IMG/VR virus record: IMGVR_UViG_2912874417_000004
Coordinates: 32,001 to 96,000 of that record
Origin: a virus
Taxonomy: Duplodnaviria; Caudoviricetes
Length of the DNA: 64,000 nucleotides
Direction: 5' to 3' (one strand)
In this document: positions 21,814 to 32,161 of the stretch, one piece after another
Layout: the number at the start of each line of letters is the position of its first letter
Numbering within the stretch: position 1 is the stretch's first letter
Translations under genes and position numbers: made by a program
Notes under the pieces: generated by a model
Databases searched by the model: none
Told to the model about the DNA's origin: nothing
What the model saw: the letters and a program-made list of their open reading frames with translations, nothing else

Positions 21814-22065
21814 TTAATTGAAATAAGTAATATCTAGTTCAAAATTAAAATTGGGATGAAGTCTCCATAGTTGATGTCCTAAGGAAGTTTTCTTGGCGTA
21901 ATTTAAGCAGTTTCTTGTGCCACTTTTACTCCCGTCATAAACAGCTACTATTGCTTCACTGTGATCAATCATGTATTCATTTCGTTTCTGCATCTTTGAT
22001 GGTGAAAACTCACCTGGTACAGCTTCACTAACTTTATATTTCTCCAATTCTATATTCAGGATCAC
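21814..22065 (-). pseudogene. 5'-truncated YoqJ/DUF1273 (SLOG family) remnant
   Basis: Only the C-terminal KMQKRNEYMIDHSEAIVAVYDGSKSGTRNCLNYA part; N-terminal TGHR/GGALG region absent. Confidence 0.65.
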
Positions 22066-22121
22066 TGAGTTTTTTGAAATTGACTATCGGTTCTCACCCT
22101 TTCTTTAAAACAGTCTTTTTA

Positions 22122-22397
22122 TCATTCTTTATCACTTAAATATTCTAAATACCTAAGATGTTCAAAGAGTTCTTCATCTCTATATGCTTGAATTGCATCT
22201 TCAAGTTTAAACGAGTGTTTTATTTTTCTGCTCGTGGCTTCTGTAAATAACCTAGTGATTTTACCTTCATCTAGATAACTATGATAGCCACCACCATTAC
22301 AAAGAAATCGAAGTATATTCTTTAAATACCGATCAGATATCTGATCAACTGTGTAGGTATTATAATTTTTATCTATCCAGTCGTATTCATTTCTCAT
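22122..22397 (-). CDS. Hypothetical protein
   Basis: ORF track. Confidence 0.6.
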   Translation of the reverse strand: MRNEYDWIDKNYNTYTVDQISDRYLKNILRFLCNGGGYHSYLDEGKITRLFTEATSRKIKHSFKLEDAIQAYRDEELFEHLRYLEYLSDKE

Positions 22398-22440
22398 ATT
22401 TTTGGTTATCCCAGTCCTCCTTTTGATTAAAACTTCAATT

Positions 22441-22764
22441 TTACCTATCTCCTAAAATGGTTTTACACCACTCGTTTATATCTGTTGAAATCTGATCAAT
22501 TTCAAACAACTTATCCTTTAGCATTTCTTCACCGTCTGCTCCATTAAAGCTTGCCAATCGTTCAAGTTGCTTTGAATAGTGCTTAATCTTTTCAATGCTT
22601 AATTCTAAATCCAAGGAACCGTTTTTAAGTTCAACCTCACCCATGTACTCCATTGTTGAACGAGTCCCGCATATTCCACAAAACGCTCTCTGTCTCTTAT
22701 AAAATTTATCAATAATAGTGGTATGGCCGCAGCCAGTTCTGCAAATGTGCTTGTAATGTGTCAA
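22441..22764 (-). CDS. Zn-ribbon hypothetical protein
   Basis: CRTGC...CGIC. Confidence 0.6.
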   Translation of the reverse strand: MTHYKHICRTGCGHTTIIDKFYKRQRAFCGICGTRSTMEYMGEVELKNGSLDLELSIEKIKHYSKQLERLASFNGADGEEMLKDKLFEIDQISTDINEWCKTILGDR

Positions 22765-22811
22765 AAAATCTCTTCCTTTCTATTCCAATGAAATTTTACT
22801 TTTAATCTAAT

Positions 22812-25010
22812 TCATCTTGTTTCCTGGGCCACAGTTTCTTTTTCAAAATCGTTTCTCAATTTGATAATGGAGGTTGATTTTAAATACCCTCTGTCCTTTG
22901 TCTTAGCCCATGCGAAAAATCTATTGTGTAAAGGAGTATAAAGGCTTCCTGTGTTAACCATATGCTCATGTTTGTTGCTGATCTTATGCTTTAATCCCCT
23001 CATTTGTTTCCAAAAGTTATAGTAAGGGAGCTTAAGTTTTGTCATGAAGCCGGCAGCATCTTCAATTACATAACCCTCTTCCTCAATTGAAAAATCTTGT
23101 GACACGTCCAGATACCATCTATAGAAATCTGTCCATTTACTAAACTCTGCAACTTGTTTTTTACACTCAATGTTTAGATGCTCGGCTACAGCTTTCAATT
23201 CCCAATAAGGAAGTTTTGTATACGCAACCTGCCTTTTAACAATATCTAAAAGCACCAGTTTATCTTTGTCGTATTCAATGATATGCGGGTCTTTTTCTGG
23301 AAATATTACTTCAAAAACGAATGAAACATTGTTAAGCTTCAGGTAAGTTTTGATAAAAGACACTTGATTTTCATTAAAAGATTTAAAAAACAGTTCTTCG
23401 ACCCATTTCGCATGTTCATTTGATATTTGTGACGTAAAGGATTTAGAAGTGAATACCAACTGATCTGACAAAGAGTCATACCCTACAGTTCCTAAATATC
23501 CATTTGCCTTATCGAAGACTGTTACTGGAAATTTCATCGTATCTACGAGATGATGCATTCTTGTTTCAGATCGTTCTCCAATGTTGAAAAATTTATCATA
23601 GCTTCTGCTTACAATTTCATTGCTCTCAGTGTTAATAAACAAACCTCTTGCCTTAATATTTGTTTCATCCCACTTTTTCTTTCTAAATGCTTGCTTTGTA
23701 AAATTAAATGATGAGATATTGTTTGGCATTTTATTCTCTTGCACATATTCATGACCACGTAAGTGGGAAATCAATTCATCAATTGTTCCAACAGTTGCGC
23801 TGTTACTCGGTACTTCACTTGAAATTTGTTTAAAGACTTTATTCTTCACTTCATGCGTTTCAATTCCGTTCTCAGACAGTGTAACGACTCTAAGATGCCC
23901 TCCTCTTTCCACTTGCCCTTCCAGGTTATATGATCTATCTGCTGCTACCACAGGTAGACGGTACATGTTTCTATGTCCATGAATCTGTACAACATTTTGA
24001 CCTGCAGTATTATTTGCAAATTCATAATCAATATCGTCTGAATAATCTCCAACTCCATTGATGAATTGTGTTGTTGCAGTCATCAAAAGATTTTCTGGTA
24101 CGGTTGAAACTCCGCCATGGGTTACAATGTATGTAGTGTTTTTATATGTAAAGTAAGCTAACTGATGAAACTTCCTGGCCAACTGTCTAATGTCTTTTTT
24201 ATCAATGTTGGATTGTTCGATTTCTGGCTTAGTTTTGTTGTTAAATGTGTTGCTAGGTGTTTCTTCATCATTCCCATACATATTGATATATCTATCATGA
24301 TTTCCTTCGAGAATAATCACATTTTTATAATCTTTAATTTTGATCATGAATTCTAACAGCTGTGCATTTTCAATACCTCTGTCGATAAGATCTCCTACAA
24401 AAATGTATAGTTCATTTTCATTCAAATCACCGTTTAAGTACTCTTGAAGCACAGTATTACACCCATGAACATCTCCGAAAATATGGATCTTTTTATAATC
24501 GTCAAAACATCTCGGCTTATAAGTCATCGTGGTTTCAAACTCATCTGGTTTTAGAACAGTTACCCAAGATGGCACTTTTTCTGTTGTCATTCTTTCATAA
24601 ATATTTAGAATACTGCTTTCAGGAACATGTTTATGTTCAGCCCTCATTTTATTTCTTTTTAAGATTCTCCGAACATCCACATCAGAAAAATCAACTACAT
24701 ATACACGGTATCTATATTTTTGAGCTAGTGGCTTATATCTTGAAATCATGCTTTGCTTTGAATGAGTTGCATCGATAATTGTGAATTCACCGCGATCCAT
24801 CCTATCTTCAAGCAACTTTAGTAATAAATCCCACACCTTGTTGTCGTGTTTTGGAGAGATTTCATATTTTCCACTTTTGTTTAATACAGGTGACTGAAAC
24901 AGCAGTCTAATGTTGTCTGCAGAAAGAGTGTACTGCTCAAGTCCATTTTCCTTAATCCAAGTTGATTTCCCCACTCCTGGACAGCCTCTTAATAACACTA
25001 ATGTTCTCAA
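22812..25010 (-). CDS. Polynucleotide kinase / metallophosphoesterase / RNA ligase fusion (RNA repair)
   Basis: GCPGVGKS P-loop and IIDATH; GDVHG, GDLIDRG, GNHD, THGG, HGH; ligase KANG, EGYVI, KLK. Confidence 0.88.
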   Translation of the reverse strand: MRTLVLLRGCPGVGKSTWIKENGLEQYTLSADNIRLLFQSPVLNKSGKYEISPKHDNKVWDLLLKLLEDRMDRGEFTIIDATHSKQSMISRYKPLAQKYRYRVYVVDFSDVDVRRILKRNKMRAEHKHVPESSILNIYERMTTEKVPSWVTVLKPDEFETTMTYKPRCFDDYKKIHIFGDVHGCNTVLQEYLNGDLNENELYIFVGDLIDRGIENAQLLEFMIKIKDYKNVIILEGNHDRYINMYGNDEETPSNTFNNKTKPEIEQSNIDKKDIRQLARKFHQLAYFTYKNTTYIVTHGGVSTVPENLLMTATTQFINGVGDYSDDIDYEFANNTAGQNVVQIHGHRNMYRLPVVAADRSYNLEGQVERGGHLRVVTLSENGIETHEVKNKVFKQISSEVPSNSATVGTIDELISHLRGHEYVQENKMPNNISSFNFTKQAFRKKKWDETNIKARGLFINTESNEIVSRSYDKFFNIGERSETRMHHLVDTMKFPVTVFDKANGYLGTVGYDSLSDQLVFTSKSFTSQISNEHAKWVEELFFKSFNENQVSFIKTYLKLNNVSFVFEVIFPEKDPHIIEYDKDKLVLLDIVKRQVAYTKLPYWELKAVAEHLNIECKKQVAEFSKWTDFYRWYLDVSQDFSIEEEGYVIEDAAGFMTKLKLPYYNFWKQMRGLKHKISNKHEHMVNTGSLYTPLHNRFFAWAKTKDRGYLKSTSIIKLRNDFEKETVAQETR

Positions 25011-25058
25011 ATTCTATCAACCTTTCTGATTTTTATTTGTTTAAAATGCATCTTTTAA

Positions 25059-25487
25059 TCACTTCATTGCGGCATAGTTCTCAAAGAATTCTTCAACTGA
25101 TCTCAGGTATCGGTATTTATCTGCATCTTCCGGATCTCTAAATCTTTTCGATAGTACCAATGACCAATTAAACATCAATGGAGAAAACCTCGCCCATTTA
25201 CTAAAGCTTAACTGAAGACCTTTCCATTCTCTCCCCGCTAATTCCGCTAACTCTAGAATTTGATCTTCTTTTAAATTTACTTCTTCTTCAAACATTACTT
25301 GAATTTCCTCGTATGGTTTATGTCCAAAACAACAGTGGCGTGTTTTCAATCCAATCTTGAAATTCAAAATATCAATTAAATTGATCATTTGTGTATCAAG
25401 CTCATCATAGGGTATACCATTTGCAATGAATTTTTCTCTTTGATTTGATTTCACATTATCCTCCAGCAGATTTAAATTCTCACTCAC
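25059..25487 (-). CDS. YoqC-like hypothetical protein
   Basis: ORF track; recalled similarity. Confidence 0.6.
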   Translation of the reverse strand: MSENLNLLEDNVKSNQREKFIANGIPYDELDTQMINLIDILNFKIGLKTRHCCFGHKPYEEIQVMFEEEVNLKEDQILELAELAGREWKGLQLSFSKWARFSPLMFNWSLVLSKRFRDPEDADKYRYLRSVEEFFENYAAMK

Positions 25488-25642
25488 TTCACCCCCTCCT
25501 TAAAAAATGTCTTCTCACACTCTTCACATAAAGGCGGGTGAATAGGAAGCCCCTTACAGCCGCACATATAGCCATCACAACACATAGTCATATCTACATC
25601 CGTCATCTTTCCGCATTTGATACAAGGAACTATCTCACTCAT
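25484..25642 (-). CDS. 52-aa Cys-rich protein
   Basis: Read manually: [52 protein letters not shown]; overlaps both neighbours by 4 nt. Confidence 0.65.
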   Translation of the reverse strand: MSEIVPCIKCGKMTDVDMTMCCDGYMCGCKGLPIHPPLCEECEKTFFKEGVK

Positions 25643-25842
25643 TCCGCACCCGCCTCAGTCCAAAACAATGTCTCATTCGTTATTTTTTCCACTTTATAAT
25701 TTTTGAGGCAGTTATTATTTACGTATTCCTCTGCGTATTTCAATGCGGTTTTATCATCATTGGCGCCGAAACTGAAATGCTTCCAACCGAACTTAACTTC
25801 GTACCAAAGCTTATATTCAATACGTTTTACATCAGCATTCAT
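25639..25842 (-). CDS. Hypothetical protein
   Basis: ORF track, 4-nt overlaps with neighbours. Confidence 0.6.
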   Translation of the reverse strand: MNADVKRIEYKLWYEVKFGWKHFSFGANDDKTALKYAEEYVNNNCLKNYKVEKITNETLFWTEAGAE

Positions 25843-26261
25843 TCCACGCCCTCCAACAACTCAGGATTATGGTAAACGTCGCCGATGACTTCGTATTTTT
25901 TTACGCTAGGATCTGATTCACTTTTTAACCAGCTTATAGCATTCATATCTAAATCAATCCAAGGTCTTAAATCAAATGCTGGGTAATCTTCTTTTTCTAA
26001 ATATTCCACTACCCCGACATAGAATGGCTCTTTGGAAAAAGCAGAGTCGTATGTAATTTTTATATAATCTCCGGCATATATGTCTTTGCCATTGCTGTCT
26101 TTAAGACAAGTCCATAGACCCCGACTTATCAACTCGTAATCTTCTTTATCTGTGTAGATCGTCTCCCCGAAATATTCAATTTCACTCAAGGTGTAACAAT
26201 GCAAGACAATTTCATTAGTCTTCTTATGCCGGAAAACGTATCTGATTTTGATTTCATTCAT
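25839..26261 (-). CDS. YopX-family protein (second copy)
   Basis: TCLKDSNGKDIYAGD...EVIGDVYHNPELLE. Confidence 0.85.
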   Translation of the reverse strand: MNEIKIRYVFRHKKTNEIVLHCYTLSEIEYFGETIYTDKEDYELISRGLWTCLKDSNGKDIYAGDYIKITYDSAFSKEPFYVGVVEYLEKEDYPAFDLRPWIDLDMNAISWLKSESDPSVKKYEVIGDVYHNPELLEGVE

Positions 26262-26294
26262 TACTTTTCCTCCTTATTTAAATTCGAATAAAAC

Positions 26295-26519
26295 TTACAT
26301 TTTATTTTTATCCTTAATATATTCATGCTGATTCACAACATCACGAAGTATGTATTGTATTTCCTCTAAATTGTCTTTAACAAAGTCCAGGTCTCCTATT
26401 GCCATTCTGATTTCATTATTCTCTATGCTGCGCAAAGATCTTTCGCATGATGCTAAGAGCTTTTCATATTTCCTTAAAACCATAGTTCTTATTTGATCGT
26501 TAATTGGTTCATTAATCAA
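26295..26519 (-). CDS. Hypothetical protein
   Basis: ORF track; first gene after an SPBRE-associated promoter. Confidence 0.6.
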   Translation of the reverse strand: MINEPINDQIRTMVLRKYEKLLASCERSLRSIENNEIRMAIGDLDFVKDNLEEIQYILRDVVNQHEYIKDKNKM

Positions 26520-26554
26520 TAATTAAAGCTATCTCCTTTCCTTATTCTAATCCG

Positions 26555-26605
26555 ATTATATAACCTCAACCAAATGTTGTAAACAATTATTTTATTTTTA
26601 CTCTA
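26555..26605 (-). promoter_or_regulatory. SigA promoter (TTTACA-17-TATAAT) with upstream SPBRE-like repeat
   Basis: Minus strand GAGTAAAAATAAAATAATTG-TTTACA-N17-TATAAT. Confidence 0.75.
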
Positions 26606-26626
26606 AATAATTTCAAAAAATCAGCT

Positions 26627-26872
26627 TTACTCATACTGTAAAGCTGCTGTCTTCATAAACGTCTTCATGCCGTCCAGTTTCCAAAGAGTTTCATTTATTT
26701 TGTCTCTAAATTCTAAAACTGAAGCATGATCCATTCTAATCCTCAAACAATCCCCATTGTTTTTAAAAATAATGTCTATGTAGTACTCTCCACTTTGGAT
26801 GTTCTTAGAACCAACACTCATGGAAACTGATCTCATAATGTCTTTCAAGTCAATTTCAAGATTAAAATCCAT
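26627..26872 (-). CDS. Hypothetical protein
   Basis: ORF track. Confidence 0.55.
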   Translation of the reverse strand: MDFNLEIDLKDIMRSVSMSVGSKNIQSGEYYIDIIFKNNGDCLRIRMDHASVLEFRDKINETLWKLDGMKTFMKTAALQYE

Positions 26873-26946
26873 TGTATGCTCCAGTCTGACTAAAAAGTCA
26901 CCAATTTTTTATGTCTCATGATGACTGACAAGATGTGTATGTATTT

Positions 26947-27246
26947 TTACTTCGATGATAACAATTGTGAAGATTTATAATCCTCATTTTCAAACGAATC
27001 GTCTATTTCTTCGGCATAAGAGGTTGTTAATTCAGCATCCTCTGTACACATGATATCTACATCAAATAGTGCCTCATATTTTTCATGATCTTTTTGAAGA
27101 AACCCCATTTTTCCTGTTTTATTTCTCAATTTCTTTTTAATTGATTGATATGCGAACAAAAGTGCTTCCTCTTCATTCTTGGCTTTTATTCTGCCGAAAA
27201 AAGGTATGCACAGCTCCCCTTGAATGAAATAATCCTTTTCTGACAT
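26947..27246 (-). CDS. Acidic hypothetical protein behind a putative LexA-controlled promoter
   Basis: ORF track; promoter and SOS box upstream. Confidence 0.65.
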   Translation of the reverse strand: MSEKDYFIQGELCIPFFGRIKAKNEEEALLFAYQSIKKKLRNKTGKMGFLQKDHEKYEALFDVDIMCTEDAELTTSYAEEIDDSFENEDYKSSQLLSSK

Positions 27247-27275
27247 AAGTTTCCCTCTCTCTGGTAGTAATTAAC

Positions 27276-27334
27276 CGAACCTACGTTCCCTTTTTTGTTG
27301 ACTTAATTATAACCTTTTACCTAGTTAGTGGCAA
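27276..27334 (-). promoter_or_regulatory. SigA promoter (TTGCCA-17-TATAAT) followed by a LexA/DinR box CGAACCTACGTTCC (27276-27289)
   Basis: GAAC-N4-GTTC match directly downstream of the -10 element. Confidence 0.7.
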
Positions 27335-27378
27335 ATCTTTTTTCTTTCATTTAAAAACTTGGAAAGAATTGATATAGT

Positions 27379-27633
27379 ATGATAAGCAATACTATATCAG
27401 GAGGTTGTCCGATGCTTGAGGTTGAAATCGGACAATGTTTGATATCCATTCTCCTTGAACGTAGAGGAATGTCCCTAGGGCAACTTTCGAACCTAACAGG
27501 CATCAGTAAGCAAAGGTTAAGTGATTACGCTAATGGCGTTAGACCTTCTATGAATATAAAAACAGCGAGAATCATTGCTATTGCCCTAAACTGTTCGATT
27601 GAAGACCTCTATGAATGGAAAATCAAACATTGA
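27379..27633 (+). CDS. yopS: Xre-family HTH regulator
   Basis: LGQLSNLTGISKQRLSDYANG HTH; convergent with yopR. Confidence 0.8.
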   Translation: MISNTISGGCPMLEVEIGQCLISILLERRGMSLGQLSNLTGISKQRLSDYANGVRPSMNIKTARIIAIALNCSIEDLYEWKIKH

Positions 27634-27853
27634 CTTAATCGCTAGGGAGTTTGACCTAGCGAACCTCCTTGTACCCTTTTTAGTGTATAGAACTATTTTA
27701 CTGCATATGTACAAATTTGTCTCTGTCTAACTTTGTCGAATTCTGAAAAATATGAACAAAATCCTGATATTTTTTTAAAAATACCACGAGTTAACTCACA
27801 TTTGTTTTATTTTTACTCTGAAAGTTATGTAAAGTTAATCCCTGTAACAGGGA

Positions 27854-28837
27854 TTAAGAATTAGTCTCAATTACTTCAGACTTGATACAATATTTTTCTA
27901 AGTTCTCCATATTCACTACTTTCCTCAGTGTTTGTGAATTAAACTCCGCGTCTTCATTCAAGAACCCATATTGTCGAGTTATTTGCTTATAATCAGGTAC
28001 TTTTAATTCACCCTTCTCTTTATATATCGCATACGCCATGTTGAGCTTTCCTGAATTGATAAGATTTTTAGGTGTAAAGAAGGGTTCTTCTAAAAATTTT
28101 TGAAACTGACTAAAAGAACGATGAACTAAAAATTTGTCAGCTTTCATACTCTGATTAGAGCTCTTATATTTTAGCCTAAAAATATTTTCGCTTTTAACTA
28201 ATGTGGCAAATTTGTTTTTAAGGCTACTATCTGGCGAACCATTGCTAAGATGATATGTTCTTTGGTCATTAGCACGCTTAAGTAACTCATAACATTTATC
28301 GCTTACAGTAATTATTCTTACACCATGTTTATCATCTACTAGCTTTACCTTGTTATCATCGAGTAAATCGTCACCTGTTAAATTCAGTAACTCTGAATGC
28401 TGATAACCATCTATACCTTCATAAATAGCCTGTATCATGGCCTTATCCTGATAATTAATCATAAAATCAACATACTCTTCTACTTCTTTATTGGTGAATA
28501 GTGTTTTTTTGTTTTTATCTATAAACTGCTTTAAGTCACCATCCTGTATCTGATACACTTTGTTGATGTTACTGTTTGCCAAGCCATTTTCCATTGCCCA
28601 GGTTGTGTATTGTCCAATTACAGCTCGTGCTCCTCTTAATGAGTCTATAGATTTGCTATCCAAATCGAAAAATAACGTACGCAGCTCTTCCAAAGAAAAA
28701 TTAAATATGTCTTTTTGAAGTATTTTTTCTGTAGCTGAGAAATCCCTTAGCCTTAGCCAATAATGGTTTCTTGTTGCTTCACTTTCGTATTTCTCTAAAA
28801 ACTTTTCCTTCAATTCAGCATTATATATTTCACTCAT
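27854..28837 (-). CDS. yopR: Master repressor MrpR/SroF (degenerate tyrosine-recombinase fold)
   Basis: 327 aa, last gene of the sro operon; lacks the canonical R...HxxR...H catalytic set. Confidence 0.85.
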   Translation of the reverse strand: MSEIYNAELKEKFLEKYESEATRNHYWLRLRDFSATEKILQKDIFNFSLEELRTLFFDLDSKSIDSLRGARAVIGQYTTWAMENGLANSNINKVYQIQDGDLKQFIDKNKKTLFTNKEVEEYVDFMINYQDKAMIQAIYEGIDGYQHSELLNLTGDDLLDDNKVKLVDDKHGVRIITVSDKCYELLKRANDQRTYHLSNGSPDSSLKNKFATLVKSENIFRLKYKSSNQSMKADKFLVHRSFSQFQKFLEEPFFTPKNLINSGKLNMAYAIYKEKGELKVPDYKQITRQYGFLNEDAEFNSQTLRKVVNMENLEKYCIKSEVIETNS

Positions 28838-28857
28838 ATTAAATTCTCCTTTAGGCT

Positions 28858-30207
28858 TTAAACAACAGCAATTTCATCATAAAACATTCGCTTAAGTTTC
28901 TTCTTCATAATATTCTTTAGTTGATTCTCATTATTTTGTCTTCCTAATTCTTCAAACACTCTTCCGCTTTTACTAAAGTCAATCGTATTAAGGATATTTT
29001 CAAGCTTGTTTAGTTCTACATTGTTTTCCTTCATCTTCTTGGCCAAATAAACATAACCGTAAAACATTACGTTATGATTAATGTATGATTGCTTTCTAAT
29101 GGACGATAAATCATCTTCAAGAAATTCGTCTGGGAAGGCATAAAAAAGGTTATCAAAAAAGTCTACCAAGTATTTCGCAATTTTCAACGCATCTTTTCGA
29201 GATTTCAGCTCAAATGCATCGTCTACAGCTTCTGATAAAGTATAATATGTTACAAGGAAATTGCTATCGATACCAATTTCACTTTGTGGGCTTATTTTAT
29301 TTTTAAGTTCACTTTTAAATTTCAGCTGCTCGACAACGGTTGAAGAATACCGTTTTTGTCCCAATTCTTCAATTCTGGATTTTTCAACTGGGTTTATGGT
29401 ATTCATTTGAGCAAAGTGAACCTTAGCCTTTTCTTCATCGTAATTGAGCACATTTAAAATGAATGGTTGATCTAATTCAGGGACTTCAGCAATGGCCTTA
29501 ACAATACCTGAAATTCGATGATATCCATCAAGAGCATCTAATAAGGTTCCTCGTGTTACAGTGAGGGTTTGGTCGCTTGGATCATATTCAACTTCTTCAT
29601 CACCATCAGATGTTCCAAGACGAGCGTTAAAAGTTAACATTGATACAATTAAATCGCCTTTAATAAACAATTCTTTGATCTCGTCAACTGATTTAGGGTT
29701 TGTTTTAGGTACAGGGATAAGGCTGCCCTTAATGTATTTTCCTTCACGCTGAGTATTGTAATTGTACTGCAGGATGGAGCTATTATATAACTCACTAAGT
29801 TCCTTGGCAGTAATGGAAGTGACATAGTTATCCTCTTTAATTTTAATCACATTTTTGAACTTGTATGGTAGCTTAACTACTTCTTCACCGGCGAATACTC
29901 TCCCACCTTCAAGCTCTTTTGCCAATCTGGTTGGAAAATAATTTGAGGGATCTAAAGCTGGAGCCCCAAGAATTGAATACATCTCTTTTGAAACAATGTA
30001 CACTTCTTTTTCGTTTAAACGCTGTACGTTGTTATCATTATTATTTAAAATTTCTTGGATATAACCAGGGAGTGCCTTGTATTTGTCCGCCATTGTGGCT
30101 TTTAATTCCTTCACCATATTGGAATCACTTTTAATATCAATAAGATTTTTCTCTATTTCAGTTTTTAACTTATAAAGTTTATCCGTTGTTAACAAAACTT
30201 CAGACAC
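28858..30207 (-). CDS. yopQ: SroE/YopQ, DGQHR/DndB-like domain protein
   Basis: DALDGYHR motif; position in the sro operon. Confidence 0.8.
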   Translation of the reverse strand: MSEVLLTTDKLYKLKTEIEKNLIDIKSDSNMVKELKATMADKYKALPGYIQEILNNNDNNVQRLNEKEVYIVSKEMYSILGAPALDPSNYFPTRLAKELEGGRVFAGEEVVKLPYKFKNVIKIKEDNYVTSITAKELSELYNSSILQYNYNTQREGKYIKGSLIPVPKTNPKSVDEIKELFIKGDLIVSMLTFNARLGTSDGDEEVEYDPSDQTLTVTRGTLLDALDGYHRISGIVKAIAEVPELDQPFILNVLNYDEEKAKVHFAQMNTINPVEKSRIEELGQKRYSSTVVEQLKFKSELKNKISPQSEIGIDSNFLVTYYTLSEAVDDAFELKSRKDALKIAKYLVDFFDNLFYAFPDEFLEDDLSSIRKQSYINHNVMFYGYVYLAKKMKENNVELNKLENILNTIDFSKSGRVFEELGRQNNENQLKNIMKKKLKRMFYDEIAVV

Positions 30208-30283
30208 ATTATCACCTCACATAATCATATTAAATTTATCATTATTTTCATAAGCAAGTAAAGCTTTTATATGACTATTTGTA

Positions 30284-31342
30284 TCATTTGTTCAAAAACA
30301 TTTTAAGTTTATTCTGTATATACATGTCTGATTTTAAAAAGAATTCTTTATATTGCTCTAAGGCAACATCGTCTAAAAAGGACATGTCTTCTTTTTGATC
30401 AACCAAAACCCCTGGATCTTGAGAATAATCCCTTTCATTGACTAAATAATGATCATTTAAAGTATTGATATTGCTGTGGCCAGAGAACGCTGCCACTTTT
30501 TTAATATCACCATTAACGCTGTAAGAAAAGTTTGTTGCAGTATTGCGTAAACTATGCGGAGTTATCTTTCTTTCTTTGGGAATACCCATAACTCTACATA
30601 CGCGATTCCACATATCCTGTATTGAATCAACTGTTAACTTATGAAATAACAGTTCATGCTCCCCATACTCTTGCTTTAACAGCAACAACTCTTCATAAAA
30701 AGCAGTGGAAATCCCAACTGGCCTAGCCTTTTTTTGCTTAGTTTTTTTAAAGTTGACGAGATAGCATTGGTGCTTTTCTGAATAAGTAATATCATCCCAC
30801 CCAACTCTAAGCACCTCTGATTTACGCCCACCAGTACGTGCACTAAACAAAATAAACATCTTTTTCATTAATCTGTTCTGACGCTCAGTAACATAAGCTG
30901 CCTCAGCAAACTCATCAGCTTCCGATATTCCTTCAAAAGACCCTGCTGGGTTCTTTTCTGTCGGAAGAGGTCTAAAATTAAATACAGATGAATCACACTC
31001 ATGTTCAGATTCAAGATACTTAATCATGCTTTTCAGTGCGGCAATCTTATTGTTAATTGTTGAATTGGAGTTGCTTTTATTTTTAGCCAAATGGGTTCGA
31101 TAATCATACAGGTCGCTCTTCTTGATCGCCAGGTCACTCTCAGTTAAATATTCAATATCCTTGGCAGCATAGTGGTTGAAAAACTCTCTTATATGCCTTT
31201 CATACGTGGCTCTAGTATTAGACTTTTCAATTTCTCCAGTTTCTCGATCCCTGTTTCTTAAATCTAATTCATCAAACCACCTATTTATGTTATTGTATAT
31301 TGAATAATCCCTTAGTGTTGACGCTTTCTTTTGAGCTTCCAT
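30284..31342 (-). CDS. yopP: SroD/YopP tyrosine recombinase-like protein
   Basis: TGGRKSE, HSLR, SGHSN...HY catalytic-type motifs. Confidence 0.85.
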   Translation of the reverse strand: MEAQKKASTLRDYSIYNNINRWFDELDLRNRDRETGEIEKSNTRATYERHIREFFNHYAAKDIEYLTESDLAIKKSDLYDYRTHLAKNKSNSNSTINNKIAALKSMIKYLESEHECDSSVFNFRPLPTEKNPAGSFEGISEADEFAEAAYVTERQNRLMKKMFILFSARTGGRKSEVLRVGWDDITYSEKHQCYLVNFKKTKQKKARPVGISTAFYEELLLLKQEYGEHELLFHKLTVDSIQDMWNRVCRVMGIPKERKITPHSLRNTATNFSYSVNGDIKKVAAFSGHSNINTLNDHYLVNERDYSQDPGVLVDQKEDMSFLDDVALEQYKEFFLKSDMYIQNKLKMFLNK

Positions 31343-31351
31343 AATGACACC

Positions 31352-31516
31352 TCATATCATTTTTTTCATTAAGTATTGATCAAATTCTTTCCATGCAACA
31401 ATCCATTCATTTTCCCCTTCAATATTACTCAGCAGCATTAAATTGGCGTTACAGATTTCAATTTGCTTTAGCATGTCGTATTCTTTAAGAGCGTTAATTA
31501 AAATGTCTGTATTCAT
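31352..31516 (-). CDS. 54-aa protein at the sroC position
   Basis: Read manually: MNTDILINALKEYDMLKQIEICNANLMLLSNIEGENEWIVAWKEFDQYLMKKMI; AGGTG RBS. Confidence 0.6.
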   Translation of the reverse strand: MNTDILINALKEYDMLKQIEICNANLMLLSNIEGENEWIVAWKEFDQYLMKKMI

Positions 31517-31554
31517 TTTATCACACCTAATTTATTTTTATCCTATAATAAAAT

Positions 31555-31809
31555 TCAGTTTAGGACATTTACCCTTTCGTCCTTACAGACGTTTATAATT
31601 GGCATCCCCGTCAATTCCTCATAAAGCTCCTCTTCGAACCCAACCCATTCATCACTTGTCGCTTCTCTTCGTAAGAACTCATTATAAGCAACTGCTATCT
31701 CAGGCTGCTCTAGAAACTTCAAAACGATCATATGCTTTTTCCAAACTTTAGCCTTGTTTTCTTCTGTATAATATTTATTATTCATTTTATTTTTACTCCT
31801 TAAATACAT
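31555..31809 (-). CDS. SroB, phi3T_93-like (MazE-binding lysogeny factor); probable start MNNKYY
   Basis: MNNKYYTEENKAKVWKKHMIVLKFLEQP resembles recalled phi3T_93; second gene of the operon after aimX. Confidence 0.7.
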   Translation of the reverse strand: MYLRSKNKMNNKYYTEENKAKVWKKHMIVLKFLEQPEIAVAYNEFLRREATSDEWVGFEEELYEELTGMPIINVCKDERVNVLN

Positions 31810-32030
31810 TTTATTGAATTCTTTTGTTCTTTAATAAGGTTATATTCTTTATGATTTTTTCTCATTGTAGTTACATTATTAGGTGTAAACACATCTGGAT
31901 CCTCTAGGTGGAGATTGACTCGTGTGAAGTTCTTTAGTTGTTTTATGTATTGATATTGTCTTAATGATGTAATCTTCAACTCTTCCTTTTGAGTGGCACT
32001 GGTTGTTTCCATTGTTTCATCTCCCAACAA
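31800..32030 (-). CDS. SroA/YopM-like small protein
   Basis: First gene after a TTGCAT-17-TATAAT promoter with SPBRE. Confidence 0.55.
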   Translation of the reverse strand: MLGDETMETTSATQKEELKITSLRQYQYIKQLKNFTRVNLHLEDPDVFTPNNVTTMRKNHKEYNLIKEQKNSIKCI

Positions 32031-32161
32031 CGTTCATCTTGTAACTTCATTATATATGTTGTTACAATAATATGCAATAATTTATTTTATTTTTATTCAC
32101 GACAAATAACACATCCCCTATGTATGTGTTAAAATGTCTACTGATTTGTATTTAATCCTCA

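Noticed and set aside
27854-31342. YopR/YopP as the prophage integrase with a nearby att site
   Set aside because: No phage-host boundary in the window; SPbeta-like integrases lie at the prophage ends.
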